64,000 bases of DNA. Origin: Antedon mediterranea (Eukaryota; Animalia; Echinodermata). Each line of letters opens with the position of its first letter. Within the stretch, counting starts at the first letter, position 1. The notes under the pieces are model-generated. The model was not told the origin of the DNA and did not search any database. It was given only the letters and a program-made list of their open reading frames with translations. Shown here one piece after another: positions 62,200 through 64,000 of the stretch. A program made the translations under genes and the position numbers. The DNA is taken from positions 8,448,422 to 8,512,421 of the forward strand of contig NC_092678.1 of the NCBI RefSeq assembly GCF_964355755.1, written 5' to 3'.

Positions 62200-62559
62200 T
62201 ATGTATTTTTAATTTAAGAGGGCCCATGAATGTCAACTCGTATTGTCCAGCTGAAAGGGTTACCCTCTATAAATATGGCCATGTTTCCGCAGCCAGCCAA
62301 TAAAGTGCGCATGATCAGTTATTACCAAAACAACTAGATGTCCAATCATAGCGCAACAATTTGTCCTCCAGGTCAAAGCTTATAAATTATTGCATTTATT
62401 TGATATTTATCTGATTTGAATGAGATAAATACAGTATTGGTTAATTTTTCTTGAGTGGAATCGGAATGTTTCCACAGGCAGTTTATCGGTTACTTTTTAT
62501 TCGTGATTTATTGGTTAATATTTGGCTGTGGAAACACGGCCTAAAGTTGAAAAAAAAAA
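62200..62559 (+). mobile_element. 3' end of a LINE related to the 9415-13260 element, interrupted by a Harbinger-type MITE (62277-62541)
   Basis: AAGAGGGCCC.TGAAT..CAGCTG.AAGGGTTACCCTCTATAAATA resumes as AAGTTGAAA(A)n after the insert. MITE TIR GGCC.TGTTTCC.CAGCCA; TSD TAT/TAA. Confidence 0.85.
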
Positions 62560-63832
62560 GATAGTTTGATGTACACAAAATATTTACAGTACAATTATCC
62601 ATTCATTCAATTTTCTACACTTTATTGTACTGCATCTTATTACAAATTAAAGTCAGAACCTTAAAAATATATATAAATATGGTCATGAAGTTCTTGAAGT
62701 ACTTTATAAACCAATAAATTTCCTTAATTTGTATGCTAAATTTTTAAAAGCTTGTCATATGTCACAATGCTGACATAGAGGGCAGCGTCATAAAATAGTA
62801 TGTCTGACAATGACATTGTTGTGCTATAAAACTAATTTAACAAAATTCTAACAAACATTTTGTCGCATAATTTAAAAAACTTCAGATGTGCTAAAACGGT
62901 GTATTACATCAGCTGCCAAAAATATAATATATACACTTCAAATACACATGCAACGGAGAATACAGAAATTATTATTTGATGGTCCTCAACTAGAGTACAG
63001 TACACAATATGAAACTAAACCCAGTCCAAAGTGGGTGGGGTCATGGTGCAATGGGGTAGTTATCCTAATGTGAATAATAAAACAGACATAAATAAACAGT
63101 ATTTAATACTGTACAAACAGTTACCTGTGCATGTGTAAGCATGCACCGTTTAATTCAGCACTGTATTTGGTTGATTTAACATTTGTTTTTAAACTGCTGT
63201 CCTAAAATGAATAATGTAAAACTATGTGAAATAAAATATTAATAACTACAACTCCCAAATAACTCCCAAATCATACTACAGAAACTTAAAACTTTTATTA
63301 ATCAAGATTTAGAATTTAAAAAAAAGATGTTTCCTGATTTAGATAATCATATCCAGTAATGCATTCTACTGTAGTTACTACATTTTTCAACTGCAATAAT
63401 TTTAGCTTGTTTGTCGTAGAAGTTTACAATGTTTTACGACAAATACTTGCTAAATATTAATAAACAGGTTAAAGAAGAATAAACAAAATGTAGGTACTGC
63501 AGTAAATTAATGTTGAAATGGTCCCTTACACATTATTATATTAAAATAGTTGTTTCAATCTTAAATTGTAAACATTATTATAATTGTAAAACCACTGCAT
63601 TTATACGAAATTCTAGGAAAACTACAATTACCCCAAGACAAGCACTGCACCACCATGAATACTCCCCGACAGCACCCACCCACCAACAATCAACTGTAAC
63701 AACCAGTTGACAAAGGCTTAGTATTCCGTTCTCAATTGTACAGTTTAGTACAAGAATCCATGACAATTGTCAGCACCGCAACGGCATGGAATAGGCTCCA
63801 GCTTGGCAATTGAATTTTCGCTAGATAATGTG

Positions 63833-64000
63833 TTCCTATTCTTGTCAGGTGTGTTCCAATTCTTGTCAGGTGTGTTGCTATTCTTGTCAGGTGTGTTGCT
63901 ATTCTTTTCAGGTGTGCTCCTATTCTTTTCAGGTGTGCTCCTATTCTTTTCAGGTGTGCTCCTATTCTTTTCAGGTGTGTTGCTATTCTTTTCAGGTGAG
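63833..64000. repeat. 21-bp minisatellite running off the window end
   Basis: Unit CTATTCTT(G/T)TCAGGTGTG(TTG/CTC), ~8 copies visible. Confidence 0.95.

Overview
AT-rich eukaryotic (metazoan, probably marine invertebrate) genomic DNA; no prokaryotic operons, rRNA or CRISPR. The first ~22 kb is mostly decayed DNA transposons (Sola-, IS3EU-, Harbinger-like) and pseudo-exons. It also holds one apparently intact 3.85-kb single-ORF LINE with a perfect 15-bp target-site duplication (TSD) and a 2A/StopGo motif upstream of its endonuclease. From 23.6 to 54.6 kb lies a co-oriented cluster of membrane receptors with intronless coding regions: three TIR-less LRR-TM proteins with Tyr-rich tails, then a tandem family of small Cys-rich type I membrane proteins I cannot assign to a known family (two intact copies, one 5'-damaged copy, one decayed copy). 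Intergenic DNA contains nested MITEs, P-like excision footprints, two minimal hammerhead ribozyme motifs, tRNA-like repeats and minisatellites. All family assignments come from motifs recognised by eye, not from database searches.
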